Source: an uncultured Gammaproteobacteria bacterium (GTDB lineage Bacteria; Patescibacteriota; Patescibacteriia; UBA9570; XYC2-FULL-38-9). From it: 64,000 bases of DNA. Under the pieces are notes generated by a model, which did no database searches, was not told the origin of the DNA, and worked only from the letters and a program-made list of their open reading frames with translations. Location of the stretch: contig CAYFNF010000001.1 in NCBI GenBank assembly GCA_964344485.1, forward strand, positions 122,115-186,114, read 5' to 3'. Below, in pieces: positions 19,078 to 28,701 of this stretch (its first letter is position 1; every line of letters starts with the position of its first letter). The translations under genes were made by a program, and so were the position numbers.

Positions 19078-20631
19078 TTACTCTGTCGCAGGAAGGATTA
19101 ATGATTGTCCGTTCATATCTTCCGGGATATCAATGCCTAGCAGATGTAGTACGGTCGGAGCTACATCACGCAGTGCTCCGGTTTCACGAATCTTAGCAGA
19201 TTTTTGCTCATCGTCAACTAGAATAAACGGAACAAAACTATCTGTATGATAGGTATGTGGTACTTCATGTTTTTCATCCCACATCACTTCTGCATCTCCG
19301 TGGTCTGCGGTAATGCACATGATCGCATGTTGTTTTTGTAGTTCTTCGTAAATTAGGCCCATTCCTTTATCGATAGCTTCACATCCAATGATTGCTGCCT
19401 CTTTATTGCCAGTGTGACCTACCATGTCTGCATTACAGATATTTGCAATGATCACATCATGCTTGCGCTCTCGTAGTTTCTCCGCGATCTGCTCTGCGAT
19501 AGGCACTGCTTGCATCTCTGGCTTGAGATCAAATGTTGCGATTTTGTCAGATGGAATCAGGTGTCGGTCTTCTCCCGGGAACGCAGTCTCTCTCATCGCG
19601 TTGAACACCTTGGTGAGGTACGCCCACTTTTCAGTTTCCGTGACTCGGAACTGTGTGAGGTTATTGTTGGCAAGTACTTCTCCCAGTGTATTCTTCATCT
19701 CAGTCTCTCGTCGTTCGAAAGCATACGGCGCATTCATGTTCTCATAGTACGGGAAGGTTGCTACGTAGTGTATCTGTGGTTGCACTTCTCTGATGAACGG
19801 TTCGAATCCCTGGTCGATTAACGCTTGAGTGATCTCTATCTCTCGGTCTACACGGTAGTTAAAATTAATCACTACATCATCATCTTTGAAGAAACCGTTC
19901 GGTTCAATCATAGTTGGTTGGATGAATTCGTCGTCCTCATCTTGTTTACGTGCAGCCTCAATAGCTTGTTCGATTGAGTCTGCGGTACGTTTTCCAATGC
20001 CCTGTGTGAGCATTCGGTGGGATTCTTCAATTCTCTCCCATCGATGATCGCGATCCATGACCCACCAACGACCCATGACACTCGCGATAGTTCCTACCCC
20101 GGCGCTTTTCATCTGTTCCTGCAAGCGCTCTACAAATACTGACAGAGATCGTGGAGGTGTATCTCGACCGTCAGCGAATATATGGATGAGGACTTGATCT
20201 TGTTTTAATCCATGTTCTGCTGCCATTTCTAATAATGTATGTAAGCATGCATCATAGGAATGCACCCCAGCGTCAGAGAGTAACCCAATAAGATGTAGCC
20301 GTGTTCCATTTTCTTTCGCCTTCTTTATACCTGCCATATACGCTGGGTTGTTTTTGAACTCCGCGCTTTCCAGTGATTGCTGGATGATCATCTGCGGAAG
20401 CATGACGTTCCGTCCTGCGCTGATAATAAGGTGCCCCATCTCTGTAGATCCTTGGTGTCCAGGGTTCAGTCCAATGTGCTCTCCTGCAGCTCCGATTGCT
20501 CCGTTTGGATACGTTGCTAATAAGTGGTCAATGTTCGGGGTATTGGCGAGAAATATAGAATTATGCGCGTCGTCTTCTCCGATGCCCCACCCATCAAGAA
20601 TGAGTAGCACAACTGCTCGTTTTGCGTTCAT
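19078..20631 (-). CDS. gpmI: 2,3-bisphosphoglycerate-independent phosphoglycerate mutase
   Basis: MNAKRAVVLLILDGWGIG is a canonical iPGM N-terminus. Start trimmed from 20760 to 20631 (ATGA overlap with the upstream gene). Confidence 0.85.
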   Translation of the reverse strand: MNAKRAVVLLILDGWGIGEDDAHNSIFLANTPNIDHLLATYPNGAIGAAGEHIGLNPGHQGSTEMGHLIISAGRNVMLPQMIIQQSLESAEFKNNPAYMAGIKKAKENGTRLHLIGLLSDAGVHSYDACLHTLLEMAAEHGLKQDQVLIHIFADGRDTPPRSLSVFVERLQEQMKSAGVGTIASVMGRWWVMDRDHRWERIEESHRMLTQGIGKRTADSIEQAIEAARKQDEDDEFIQPTMIEPNGFFKDDDVVINFNYRVDREIEITQALIDQGFEPFIREVQPQIHYVATFPYYENMNAPYAFERRETEMKNTLGEVLANNNLTQFRVTETEKWAYLTKVFNAMRETAFPGEDRHLIPSDKIATFDLKPEMQAVPIAEQIAEKLRERKHDVIIANICNADMVGHTGNKEAAIIGCEAIDKGMGLIYEELQKQHAIMCITADHGDAEVMWDEKHEVPHTYHTDSFVPFILVDDEQKSAKIRETGALRDVAPTVLHLLGIDIPEDMNGQSLILPATE

Positions 20632-21428
20632 ATCTTTACGTTGCGTATTAATGGTTTTGTTATTTTTCCGTTGGTTGCGATGACGTCTCTGGTAGTAGTC
20701 GTTGCAGGGTTTCCTTTTGGATCTATTAACTCTCCTCCGGCTTCTTGCACAATGCACCAACCTGCAGCGAAGTCCCAGAGATTGATATCAAGATTAATAT
20801 AGAAGTCCATTCCACCGCGAGCGACATTCATTAAATCAAATACTGCACAGTAATTCACTCGCATACCTTTAGTGCTCATAAGTAGCGGATTGGCAATTCG
20901 TTTATATTTATTTCGCGATGCATTGGTTGCGGTAAACCCGATAGAGAACATGCTTTGTTTCATGCGGGTCACAGACGAGACCTTACAGCGCAGTTTCTTT
21001 CCTCGGTCGTTGCCGACGTTCTGTGTTCGCCATGCACCTGACCCGGCTTCTGCCCAATACAGTTCTTGCAGTGCTGGCATGGAGACCACACCAAGGTATG
21101 GTTGGTTGTTATGTAGTAGAGCAATGGAGATGCCGAACATAGGTTCGCCCATGGTATAGTTAACTGTTCCATCAATTGGATCAATCACCCAGAGCCACTC
21201 TGCGTTTTTTTCGCTCCCACGACCGAGCTCCTCAGAGAAGATGCTATGTGAGGGGAACGTCTTGGTGATGACTTCTCTAATCGCTTTATCACATTCAATA
21301 TCAGCACGAGTAACAAGATCGCGCCAGTTTTGTTTTGTCTGTATTGCGATGTTTTTTCTCCAGTATTTTAGTGCAATAGAATCAGCTGCTTTTTGCGCTC
21401 GGAACGCTGTTGCAAGTGTTTTTGTCAT
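20628..21428 (-). CDS. Inositol monophosphatase family protein (SuhB-like)
   Basis: WVIDPIDGT metal-binding motif. 266 aa. Confidence 0.8.
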   Translation of the reverse strand: MTKTLATAFRAQKAADSIALKYWRKNIAIQTKQNWRDLVTRADIECDKAIREVITKTFPSHSIFSEELGRGSEKNAEWLWVIDPIDGTVNYTMGEPMFGISIALLHNNQPYLGVVSMPALQELYWAEAGSGAWRTQNVGNDRGKKLRCKVSSVTRMKQSMFSIGFTATNASRNKYKRIANPLLMSTKGMRVNYCAVFDLMNVARGGMDFYINLDINLWDFAAGWCIVQEAGGELIDPKGNPATTTTRDVIATNGKITKPLIRNVKI

Positions 21429-21481
21429 AAACGTAGTATATCATATATACTACTAGAGTACGGTATTAAGAATATTTCATT

Positions 21482-22366
21482 ATGAATTGGATAGTGCTGT
21501 CACTTGTTGCAGCTTTTTTATGGGCAATTGTCAATGTGATCGACAAGATTGTTATCACCCGTGAGTTCAATTACCCATCTCTGTATGTGATTATCTCCAG
21601 CTGTAGCGCAAGTATGGTATTCATTTTTATTAGTGCACTATTTGGCAGCGAGGTGTTAGCCATGCCATTCTCTTCAATTGTCCTTTCAATTATCATTGGT
21701 TTGGTACAAGGGTGTGCGTTGTTGCTGTATTTTACGAGTATTAGTAAAGAGGAAATTTCCAGGATCGGACCATTACTCGCGTTAGTTTCAGTGTTTACTG
21801 TGTTGCTTGCAGCGTTCATGTTTGATGAGCGCTTCTCTCCTATAGTCTATATCGGGATTCTGCTAGTCATCGGAGGGTCTTTTTTATTGTCTATACGCTC
21901 TTTGAATCCTCGGTTTTGGTTCCATAGCAGCATTTTGATTTTGATCGCTGCTACATTTCTTTTTGCCGTACGTAATGTGCTCATGAAATATGTTAGTCCG
22001 GAAGTGGATTGGAATGTATTCTTTTGGATGGGCCTTGGCCTGCTGTCTTTTTCCATCATCATGTACGCAGTAAAAAGACAGGACTTTCGCAAGATTCCTT
22101 TAGATGCTGCATTTCATATTGTAATGGCAGATGTGATTGCAGCTATTGCGTTTACCTTATTTGCATTAGCAATTATTGATGGACCTATTACGCTCGTGTC
22201 TATGATTATTGAGCTGCAGCCAGTGATGCTGTTCTTAATGGTGTTGTTATTACGCAGAAGGTACAAGAAGGAGTTTTACGAACCGTTGACGCGTGGAATC
22301 CTGATACAAAAGGTATCCGCAATTACGTTGATTGTATGTGGTGTTCTTCTAATAATTGCCCTATGA
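21482..22366 (+). CDS. EamA/DMT-family membrane transporter
   Basis: Ten predicted TM helices. The N-terminus MNWIVLSLVAAFLWAIVNVIDK is EamA-like. Confidence 0.65.
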   Translation: MNWIVLSLVAAFLWAIVNVIDKIVITREFNYPSLYVIISSCSASMVFIFISALFGSEVLAMPFSSIVLSIIIGLVQGCALLLYFTSISKEEISRIGPLLALVSVFTVLLAAFMFDERFSPIVYIGILLVIGGSFLLSIRSLNPRFWFHSSILILIAATFLFAVRNVLMKYVSPEVDWNVFFWMGLGLLSFSIIMYAVKRQDFRKIPLDAAFHIVMADVIAAIAFTLFALAIIDGPITLVSMIIELQPVMLFLMVLLLRRRYKKEFYEPLTRGILIQKVSAITLIVCGVLLIIAL

Positions 22367-22710
22367 CTATAGATTCATATACATTTGGCGAGATGATTAT
22401 TGATGGCGAGAAGTACTCCAAGGATGTGATTGTCTATCCAGACCACGTGTTTTCCCCGTGGTGGCGTGAAGACGGACATGATGTGGTTCCACAGGACATT
22501 CCAGCAGAGGTATTGGAGGGTAAGCCAGAGTGCATTGTTATCGGAAGAGGGCACTCCAAGAAAATGCGTGTATCCAAAGAAGCACAGCAGGTATTGGCAG
22601 AATGCGGTGCAGAGGTATTACTGTATTCAACGCGTAAAGCATGGAAGAGTTACAATAAACAAATCGCTGCGGGCAAAGCAGCGATTGGAATGTTTCATTT
22701 AACTTGTTGA
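22363..22710 (+). CDS. Mth938-like (DUF498) domain protein
   Basis: Start MTIDSYTFGEM in an ATGA overlap with the upstream gene. Size and pattern match Mth938-like proteins. Confidence 0.45.
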   Translation: MTIDSYTFGEMIIDGEKYSKDVIVYPDHVFSPWWREDGHDVVPQDIPAEVLEGKPECIVIGRGHSKKMRVSKEAQQVLAECGAEVLLYSTRKAWKSYNKQIAAGKAAIGMFHLTC

Positions 22711-22739
22711 CTGGTACGGTAGTGGTGAGAAGTGCGTGG

Positions 22740-24110
22740 CTATCCGCGGATGACCTCAAGCACTTCTTTAGTTTTCTGTTCACGAATCTCTGGTGTGGTT
22801 GCTTCTAAGTTGAGCCGAAGTTTCGCTTCTGTATTTGAAGCGCGTACATTGAACCAGTAGTCATTGTATTCGATGGTGATTCCATCAAGTTCAGAGTGGG
22901 AGATCGCGTCTGGTGCGAATAGATCTTTGATATTCTTCATGACCGCGTCTTTATCTTCGACCTCTGAGTTGATCTCACCTGAGTGGTAGTACTTGCGCAA
23001 TGGTTTTACTTGATCAGTGATGCTGTCTTTGTTCTTACTCCAGTGTTGGAGTAAGAGGAGTACAACAATGACCGGTGCTTCAAATAAGCCATGCTCCATT
23101 TTCACAAAGAAGTGGCCAGACGACTCTCCGGCAAAGACTGCGTCTTCTAACAGCGCTTGTTCTTTGATGAGTGAATGTCCAACTTTTGTGACTGATGGTT
23201 TCCCCCCAGCTTCTTCGATCATATCTCGAGTAATTCTGCCCGGACGGATGTCATAGCAGATCGTTGCGCCAGGGTGATTTTGGAGAATGATCTTTGCTAG
23301 CAACCCTCGAATGATTGCTGGGTCGATCATCTCTCCTTGGTTGTCTAGGAAAAAAATTCGATCCCCGTCTCCGTCAGTAGCAATGCCCAGGTCCGCGTCT
23401 TCTTCTTGTATGCGTTTGACTAACTCAACGTTATTCTCGTCTTTGAAAGGATCTGCTTCATGCGCAGGGAACGTTCCGTCAAGTTCAAAGTTCATTTCAA
23501 TTAATTTGCACGGGAGTTTTTCAAAGATGCCTTGTAAGAACGTTGCACCCATACTATTGGCTGCATCCGCGACAATGGTAAACGGTTCAATGTTGTCGAG
23601 TCCAGCAAATTCAATTGCAGTTTCAATGTGCGCTTGCACAATGTCGTTGCGAGTCTCCACTGTCCCTTGGTTCTCTGCTGGGGCGATCTCTTCTTCTGAG
23701 ATTACCATATCACGCATTTCATAGATGCCAGTTTCGCCACTAACAGGCAAAGCTCCAGGGCGTACCATCTTGATACCGTTATACTCTTTTGGATTGTGAG
23801 ATGCTGAGACCATCATACCGCCGCCGTAGCCGTATTTCGAAACTGCAAAATAGAATGCTGGTGTCGAGACCAGGCCCACGTGCATGACGTTCACTCCTTG
23901 CATGGTCAACCCTTGAATCACTGCATCTCGTAGCGATGGACTAGAGGTACGCATATCTTCACCTACTACTATTGTCAGGTTTTCTCTTTTTTGCTCGCGC
24001 TGCATGAGAATAGCAAACGCTTGAGCGGTTTTTTTCGCGACATCTTCAGTGAGCTGCTCACCATAAATACCGCGAATATCATACGCTTTAAAAATTGAAG
24101 CAATATCCAT
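22740..24110 (-). CDS. glmM: Phosphoglucosamine mutase / phosphohexomutase
   Basis: Active-site SASHNPKEYNGIK and metal-binding DGDGDR. Confidence 0.85.
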   Translation of the reverse strand: MDIASIFKAYDIRGIYGEQLTEDVAKKTAQAFAILMQREQKRENLTIVVGEDMRTSSPSLRDAVIQGLTMQGVNVMHVGLVSTPAFYFAVSKYGYGGGMMVSASHNPKEYNGIKMVRPGALPVSGETGIYEMRDMVISEEEIAPAENQGTVETRNDIVQAHIETAIEFAGLDNIEPFTIVADAANSMGATFLQGIFEKLPCKLIEMNFELDGTFPAHEADPFKDENNVELVKRIQEEDADLGIATDGDGDRIFFLDNQGEMIDPAIIRGLLAKIILQNHPGATICYDIRPGRITRDMIEEAGGKPSVTKVGHSLIKEQALLEDAVFAGESSGHFFVKMEHGLFEAPVIVVLLLLQHWSKNKDSITDQVKPLRKYYHSGEINSEVEDKDAVMKNIKDLFAPDAISHSELDGITIEYNDYWFNVRASNTEAKLRLNLEATTPEIREQKTKEVLEVIRG

Positions 24111-24121
24111 GTAGTTCTGTA

Positions 24122-25345
24122 TTATTTTTTAGAACGTGATTTTTTTCGTCGTTGTTTTGCTATAACTAGCACACCACCAACACCCCAGATACATGCGAGT
24201 GAACAGAAGAGCCAACCGATCCACGCGAGACTCATTATAATAGAGAGCACAAAGTATCCGACTACGAAACGCAAGAGTAGCTGTTTCTGCTTATCTTTGG
24301 CTCGGTCTCGATTTACCAGGAAGTAGCCCAGCGCCATTCCTGTAAAGAGTCGACCTAGGAGCATCATCAACACATAGAAGAACATCAGTAAGAACGATAT
24401 CGGGATACCGACAATAGTGACTGCGAATAGCAGTGCGAGTGTCGGTACAATGAAGAAGAATAGTAATCCGCGTTGCCAAGTCTCTCCCACTTTTTCTCTC
24501 ATTGTTTTTGAAACATCCTGTGCCCACTTCGGCCAGATGAGTATCAGCAGCACACCGATCATAGCAAACGAGAAAAAGGATATCAGCCAGCGGGAGAACT
24601 GTTTTTGGTATTTACTCGATACTTCTTCAGCTGTGGCAGGGTCAGTTTTTTGGTATTGGATTAAACTAGTGCCAGTTGCTGACGAATCTACGTCTAGAGC
24701 AAACGGTGAAAAGACTGTTACTTCTTTTGTGAATTCTGCATCCGACCCTACAGAGACTGCTTTACCTTGCACAGACACGGTGTCTTTCATAATTCCGTTC
24801 AGCACCACTTGATTTGCTCGTAGATCTACGCTTTCACCAACCGCACCGTTTATAAAAATCGTACCCGCATAGATGTTCGCCCCGCCTTGCAAGTACGCGT
24901 TCGCAGTGATATAGACAGTATTTGCAAAGATCAGCGTGTTCCCGTAGACAGTTCCGTTGATAGTGGCAGTACGTGCACCGATACGAACCGAATCTTCTAC
25001 ATCCCCGTTTACGGTCACGGTATTTCCTGCTGCAAACAAGTCTCCACCGACGGTTTCATTTACAGTTACGGTGTTTCCAGCAATAGCGACATCACTCTTA
25101 CTCTCTTTATTGATCAATACATCCTCATCTGCCTCGAGATAAATCCCACCAACTGGTTGTAGGTACTCGCTAGATATCTTTGAATTGGTCTCTGGGAAGA
25201 GTCCATTGGTTGCATCTGTGGTGGTACTGGTTTTTGACGCGCTACACGCTGCATTTCCTGGAGTAGTGAGCGCAAAGACCCCGATCAGAATAATAAACAC
25301 CGCGACAAAACAGAGCGCTGGTGCAATAACGAGTTGTTTTTTCAT
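24122..25345 (-). CDS. Membrane protein with a bactofilin-like / DUF4097-like beta-helical repeat ectodomain and a C-terminal multi-TM region
   Basis: Signal peptide, then repeated GNTVTVNGDV / GNTLIFANTV / GTIFINGAV units, then 3-4 TM helices and a KK-rich tail. Confidence 0.55.
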   Translation of the reverse strand: MKKQLVIAPALCFVAVFIILIGVFALTTPGNAACSASKTSTTTDATNGLFPETNSKISSEYLQPVGGIYLEADEDVLINKESKSDVAIAGNTVTVNETVGGDLFAAGNTVTVNGDVEDSVRIGARTATINGTVYGNTLIFANTVYITANAYLQGGANIYAGTIFINGAVGESVDLRANQVVLNGIMKDTVSVQGKAVSVGSDAEFTKEVTVFSPFALDVDSSATGTSLIQYQKTDPATAEEVSSKYQKQFSRWLISFFSFAMIGVLLILIWPKWAQDVSKTMREKVGETWQRGLLFFFIVPTLALLFAVTIVGIPISFLLMFFYVLMMLLGRLFTGMALGYFLVNRDRAKDKQKQLLLRFVVGYFVLSIIMSLAWIGWLFCSLACIWGVGGVLVIAKQRRKKSRSKK

Positions 25346-25431
25346 TTGTATATGTTTAACGTATTTGAATAGTGTGATTGTACCATGATTGTCCTTGGAA
25401 TCAAAGCGTTTCAGTGGTGTGCTCCCTTCGG

Positions 25432-26154
25432 TTACGGCTTCAAAAGTACAGAGACGAGATTGTGCGCTTTGTATCGTGGTACGTGTAGACCGTTGGTTTC
25501 ATAGTATTGGTCTGCAACAGTGAGTCCCACTTCTTTTGCAAGGTGTTTTATCTCTGACGGTTTGAATGCATGGTAGTATCGCTTGGTAATGGTCCGTCTC
25601 TTATTGTCACGCCACGGTACGAGCATGTCATTAAAGTCCATCTTATGTTGACCTAACAGTTTCATGAGCTTTGATCGATAGCGTAGAGATGCGTACTTAG
25701 TTTGCATGAGGTTCCAGTTGGTCATCAAGACAAATCCTCTAGAGCGGACTAGACGTTTAGCTTCTTCCAATGAACGTCGACGATACTCTTTGCTTGGTAT
25801 GTGATGAAAGCTTGCAATCATAAGTACATGGTCAAATGATTCATCTGGGAAGTCGGTCTGCATCATGTTTCCGACACGGAAATCATTTTTTGGTCGCAGT
25901 TGACGTGCAACATTGATCAGTTTTTCGGAAACATCCATGCCAATGTATCTCGCCTTGATTTCGTTGACTAAATCCGCTACTCTGCCGTTACCACACCCTA
26001 GGTCGAGTACGGCTTGTCCAGGTTCAATATACTGCTCAATGATATAACTGACCTCGTACCACTGGTTCATCCGAGTATGTGAAAAGTGCTCGGCGATAGT
26101 GTCGTAGCTTTCCTCAAGTTGAGTGAGGATTTGATCAGCGGTGCGTGTATCCAT
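25432..26154 (-). CDS. Trm9-like tRNA (cm5U34) methyltransferase, class I SAM-dependent
   Basis: AEHFSHTRMNQWYEV, VLDLGCGNGR, FDHVLMIASFHH, MLVPW and RYYHAFKPSEI resemble yeast Trm9 (APHFSQTRYKPW..., VFVPW, RYYHLY...). Confidence 0.65.
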   Translation of the reverse strand: MDTRTADQILTQLEESYDTIAEHFSHTRMNQWYEVSYIIEQYIEPGQAVLDLGCGNGRVADLVNEIKARYIGMDVSEKLINVARQLRPKNDFRVGNMMQTDFPDESFDHVLMIASFHHIPSKEYRRRSLEEAKRLVRSRGFVLMTNWNLMQTKYASLRYRSKLMKLLGQHKMDFNDMLVPWRDNKRRTITKRYYHAFKPSEIKHLAKEVGLTVADQYYETNGLHVPRYKAHNLVSVLLKP

Positions 26155-26160
26155 AGTATT

Positions 26161-27711
26161 ATGCAAAAAGCAATTCAAGAGATTATTACTCGCGCGATTC
26201 AGAAGAAGATTCAGACCGCGCAAGAGTTGAAGCGCGTGAAAGCAGATGTCGCGAAAGAGTTTGGTATTTCAATAGTTCCAAACGCTACTATTGTAGCAGA
26301 ATATCGGCGCATGATAAATCAGGGTGAGCTGGAGCGTGATGAAAAGCTTTGGACATTGTTTTCTAAACGAAAGATTCGGAACCTCTCTGGTGTTGCGGTG
26401 ATTACGGTTTTGACTAAGCCGTTTTTCTGTCCAGGTCGATGTATCTACTGCCCGACAGAAGCGCGCATGCCCAAGTCGTATTTAGCGAACGAGCCTGGGG
26501 CAGCACGGGCGTTGCGCCATGAGTTTGATCCATATAATCAGGTGAGTGCACGGCTGAAGTCACTGCAAGCAAATGGGCATAATACTGATAAATGTGAGTT
26601 GATTGTGTTAGGCGGGACGTGGTCTGCGTATGAGCATGAGTATCAAGAGTGGTTTATCAAGCGATGCTTCGACGCATTTAATGAGCAAGAGTCTGTTGAT
26701 TTGGATCAAGCTAAGCAAGTGAACGAGACCGCTGCACATCGGGTGATTGGTATGACGTTAGAGACACGACCGGATAGTATTACGCAAGATGAAGTAGAAC
26801 GGTTACGTTGGTTGGGGTGTACGCGTATGCAGCTCGGAGTGCAGACAATTCATCAAGATGTGTTGGATCTGGTGAAGCGCGATCAAACCAATGAACAGGT
26901 CGTGACTGCGACGCGGTTGCTGAAGCAAGCAGGGGTGAAGATTTCTTATCATATCATGCAAGGGCTGCCAGGATCTTCTATAGAAAAGGATATTGAGACT
27001 GCACAGCAGGTATTTACCAATCAGGACTATCAACCAGATCATGTAAAGATCTATCCTACAGTAGTGCTGAAGACCTCGGTGTTGTATCACTGGTGGAAGC
27101 AGGGGAAGTATACTCCGTATACAGATGAGGAGTTGCAGCAGTTGTTGATTGAGATCAAGAAGCTAGTGCCAGAGTGGGTGCGAGTAGAGCGTGTGATTCG
27201 GGATATTCCAACTGAGTCCATTCATGCCGGGAACACCAAGACGAACTTACGGCAGATCATGCAACGGCAAGGAGTAGAGTGCGAGTGTATTCGTTGTCGG
27301 GAGCCGCGATATACTGAAGCGACTATAGATGAAGTGGAGCTTGTGAAGCGAGAGTACAAAGCATCAGAGGGAAAAGAGCTTTTCTTAAGTTATGAGTCAC
27401 ATGACAAGAAGATTTTGTTTGCATTTGTGCGACTGCGTTTACAGAAATTAAAAGAGCATTGGATTTCAGAGTTGCAGGACGCTGCAATTGTGCGAGAGAT
27501 TCATGCGTACGGAGTGGTAAAACCTATCGATGCAGGGGAAGGAGCAGTGCAACACATTGGTTTAGGAAAACGATTGATGCAACAAGTAGAAGAGATTGCG
27601 CAGAAAAAAGGATATAAGAAAGTAGCAGTGATTGCTGGAGTGGGAGTGCGGGAGTATTTTAGAAAACTTGGGTATGAGCTACAAGGTGAGTATATGGTGA
27701 AGGAGTTGTAA
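26161..27711 (+). CDS. elp3: Elp3-family tRNA U34 carboxymethyltransferase (radical-SAM domain plus GNAT acetyltransferase domain)
   Basis: Radical-SAM CPGRCIYCP. C-terminal GNAT region IHAYGVV...HIGLGKRLM...YKKVAVIAGVGVREYFRKLGY. 517 aa from MQKAIQ. Confidence 0.75.
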   Translation: MQKAIQEIITRAIQKKIQTAQELKRVKADVAKEFGISIVPNATIVAEYRRMINQGELERDEKLWTLFSKRKIRNLSGVAVITVLTKPFFCPGRCIYCPTEARMPKSYLANEPGAARALRHEFDPYNQVSARLKSLQANGHNTDKCELIVLGGTWSAYEHEYQEWFIKRCFDAFNEQESVDLDQAKQVNETAAHRVIGMTLETRPDSITQDEVERLRWLGCTRMQLGVQTIHQDVLDLVKRDQTNEQVVTATRLLKQAGVKISYHIMQGLPGSSIEKDIETAQQVFTNQDYQPDHVKIYPTVVLKTSVLYHWWKQGKYTPYTDEELQQLLIEIKKLVPEWVRVERVIRDIPTESIHAGNTKTNLRQIMQRQGVECECIRCREPRYTEATIDEVELVKREYKASEGKELFLSYESHDKKILFAFVRLRLQKLKEHWISELQDAAIVREIHAYGVVKPIDAGEGAVQHIGLGKRLMQQVEEIAQKKGYKKVAVIAGVGVREYFRKLGYELQGEYMVKEL

Positions 27712-27731
27712 TTGGGTTGGACTTCATTGTG

Positions 27732-27750
27732 CAGGCAAGAGCCTGTTTTA
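27732..27750 (+). terminator. Rho-independent terminator after elp3
   Basis: caggc-aaga-gcctg followed by TTTT. Confidence 0.6.
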
Positions 27751-27754
27751 TAGT

Positions 27755-27778
27755 AAAAAAAATGAGGACAGGGTCCTC
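27755..27778 (-). terminator. Rho-independent terminator of the high-GC LOG-family gene
   Basis: On the minus strand: GAGGAC-CCT-GTCCTC hairpin followed by T8, overlapping the stop codon by 1 nt. Confidence 0.7.
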
Positions 27779-28545
27779 TAGACGCTAGCGCTTCGCAACT
27801 GCCCGGTCAGGGCACGTTCCGCCTTGGCGCGGTTGCCGTTGGCGTCCAGCACATGGGCGACCGCTTCGGCGGGCTCGTCCGTGAACAGGACATGGAACTG
27901 CTGCTTGCTCAGGGTCTGCCAGTCGCACATGTGCGACAGGTCGGCTCTCACGCACTTCCAGTGATCCTTGCCCAGCAGAGCCAGGGGGATGCGTCGCCCG
28001 ATCTCCTGACCGAGCTGCAGCTTCTGGATGAACATGAACAGCTCGAGTCGGGTCCCGATGCCTCCGGGCGGGAAGATTCCTCCGTCCGCCAGGATCTCCA
28101 TGATCTCGATTCGGGTGCCGAAGAGCTGGTTCGCGATGTAGATGTCCACTGCGGACGGGTCCATCATCTCGAACACTTGTCCATCGGCTTGCCGGATGAC
28201 GATCCGCACTCCGATCAGAGGCTGGGTGTGCGCGTGGACACGGTGCGTCCTGAAGGAGGTCTGCACGATCTCGGGCAGGCCGGGGCAGTGTCCGGAGATC
28301 TGAGCCGCTCCTTGCTCGCCGAGCAGGCGACCGGTCTCGACCATGTGGTCAGCGTACTGCGCATGCAGGCGCGGGGCCTCATCAGCCGAACGGGCGGATC
28401 CGAAGATGCCGATGACCGGCCCGATGTGTGGCTTGAGGAAGTCCGCGTATGCTCGCGTCGTCATGCCGAACTGGTAGACACCTTGCTGCAGCAGCGCCAG
28501 TTGAGCGACCGCTCGTGGGTCGCTGCTCCAAAACTCTCTCGTCAT
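27778..28545 (-). CDS. LOG-family protein (TIGR00730 Rossmann-fold nucleotide-binding; cytokinin riboside 5'-monophosphate phosphoribohydrolase-like); high GC
   Basis: PGGIGTRLELF matches the LOG PGGxGTxxE motif. Start MTREFW has GGAGGAG 8 nt upstream. The + strand ORF 27853..28605 is its antisense shadow. Confidence 0.65.
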   Translation of the reverse strand: MTREFWSSDPRAVAQLALLQQGVYQFGMTTRAYADFLKPHIGPVIGIFGSARSADEAPRLHAQYADHMVETGRLLGEQGAAQISGHCPGLPEIVQTSFRTHRVHAHTQPLIGVRIVIRQADGQVFEMMDPSAVDIYIANQLFGTRIEIMEILADGGIFPPGGIGTRLELFMFIQKLQLGQEIGRRIPLALLGKDHWKCVRADLSHMCDWQTLSKQQFHVLFTDEPAEAVAHVLDANGNRAKAERALTGQLRSASV

Positions 28546-28701
28546 GTTAGGTGCTCCTCCGTCGATTCTGCGACGAAACGATTTCTGGTTATCAACGTGG
28601 GTTGATGCCGATACTGTATGCTCTTTTCTGCTACTTGTCAAAGCGTGAGTGAATGCATGAAATGTGGTATACTACCACGCGTAAATAGTAGTAATAGTTA
28701 T

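Noticed and set aside
27853-28605. + strand 250-aa ORF overlapping the LOG gene
   Set aside because: It is an antisense open frame typical of high-GC DNA. The minus-strand frame has a family motif, an SD site and a terminator.
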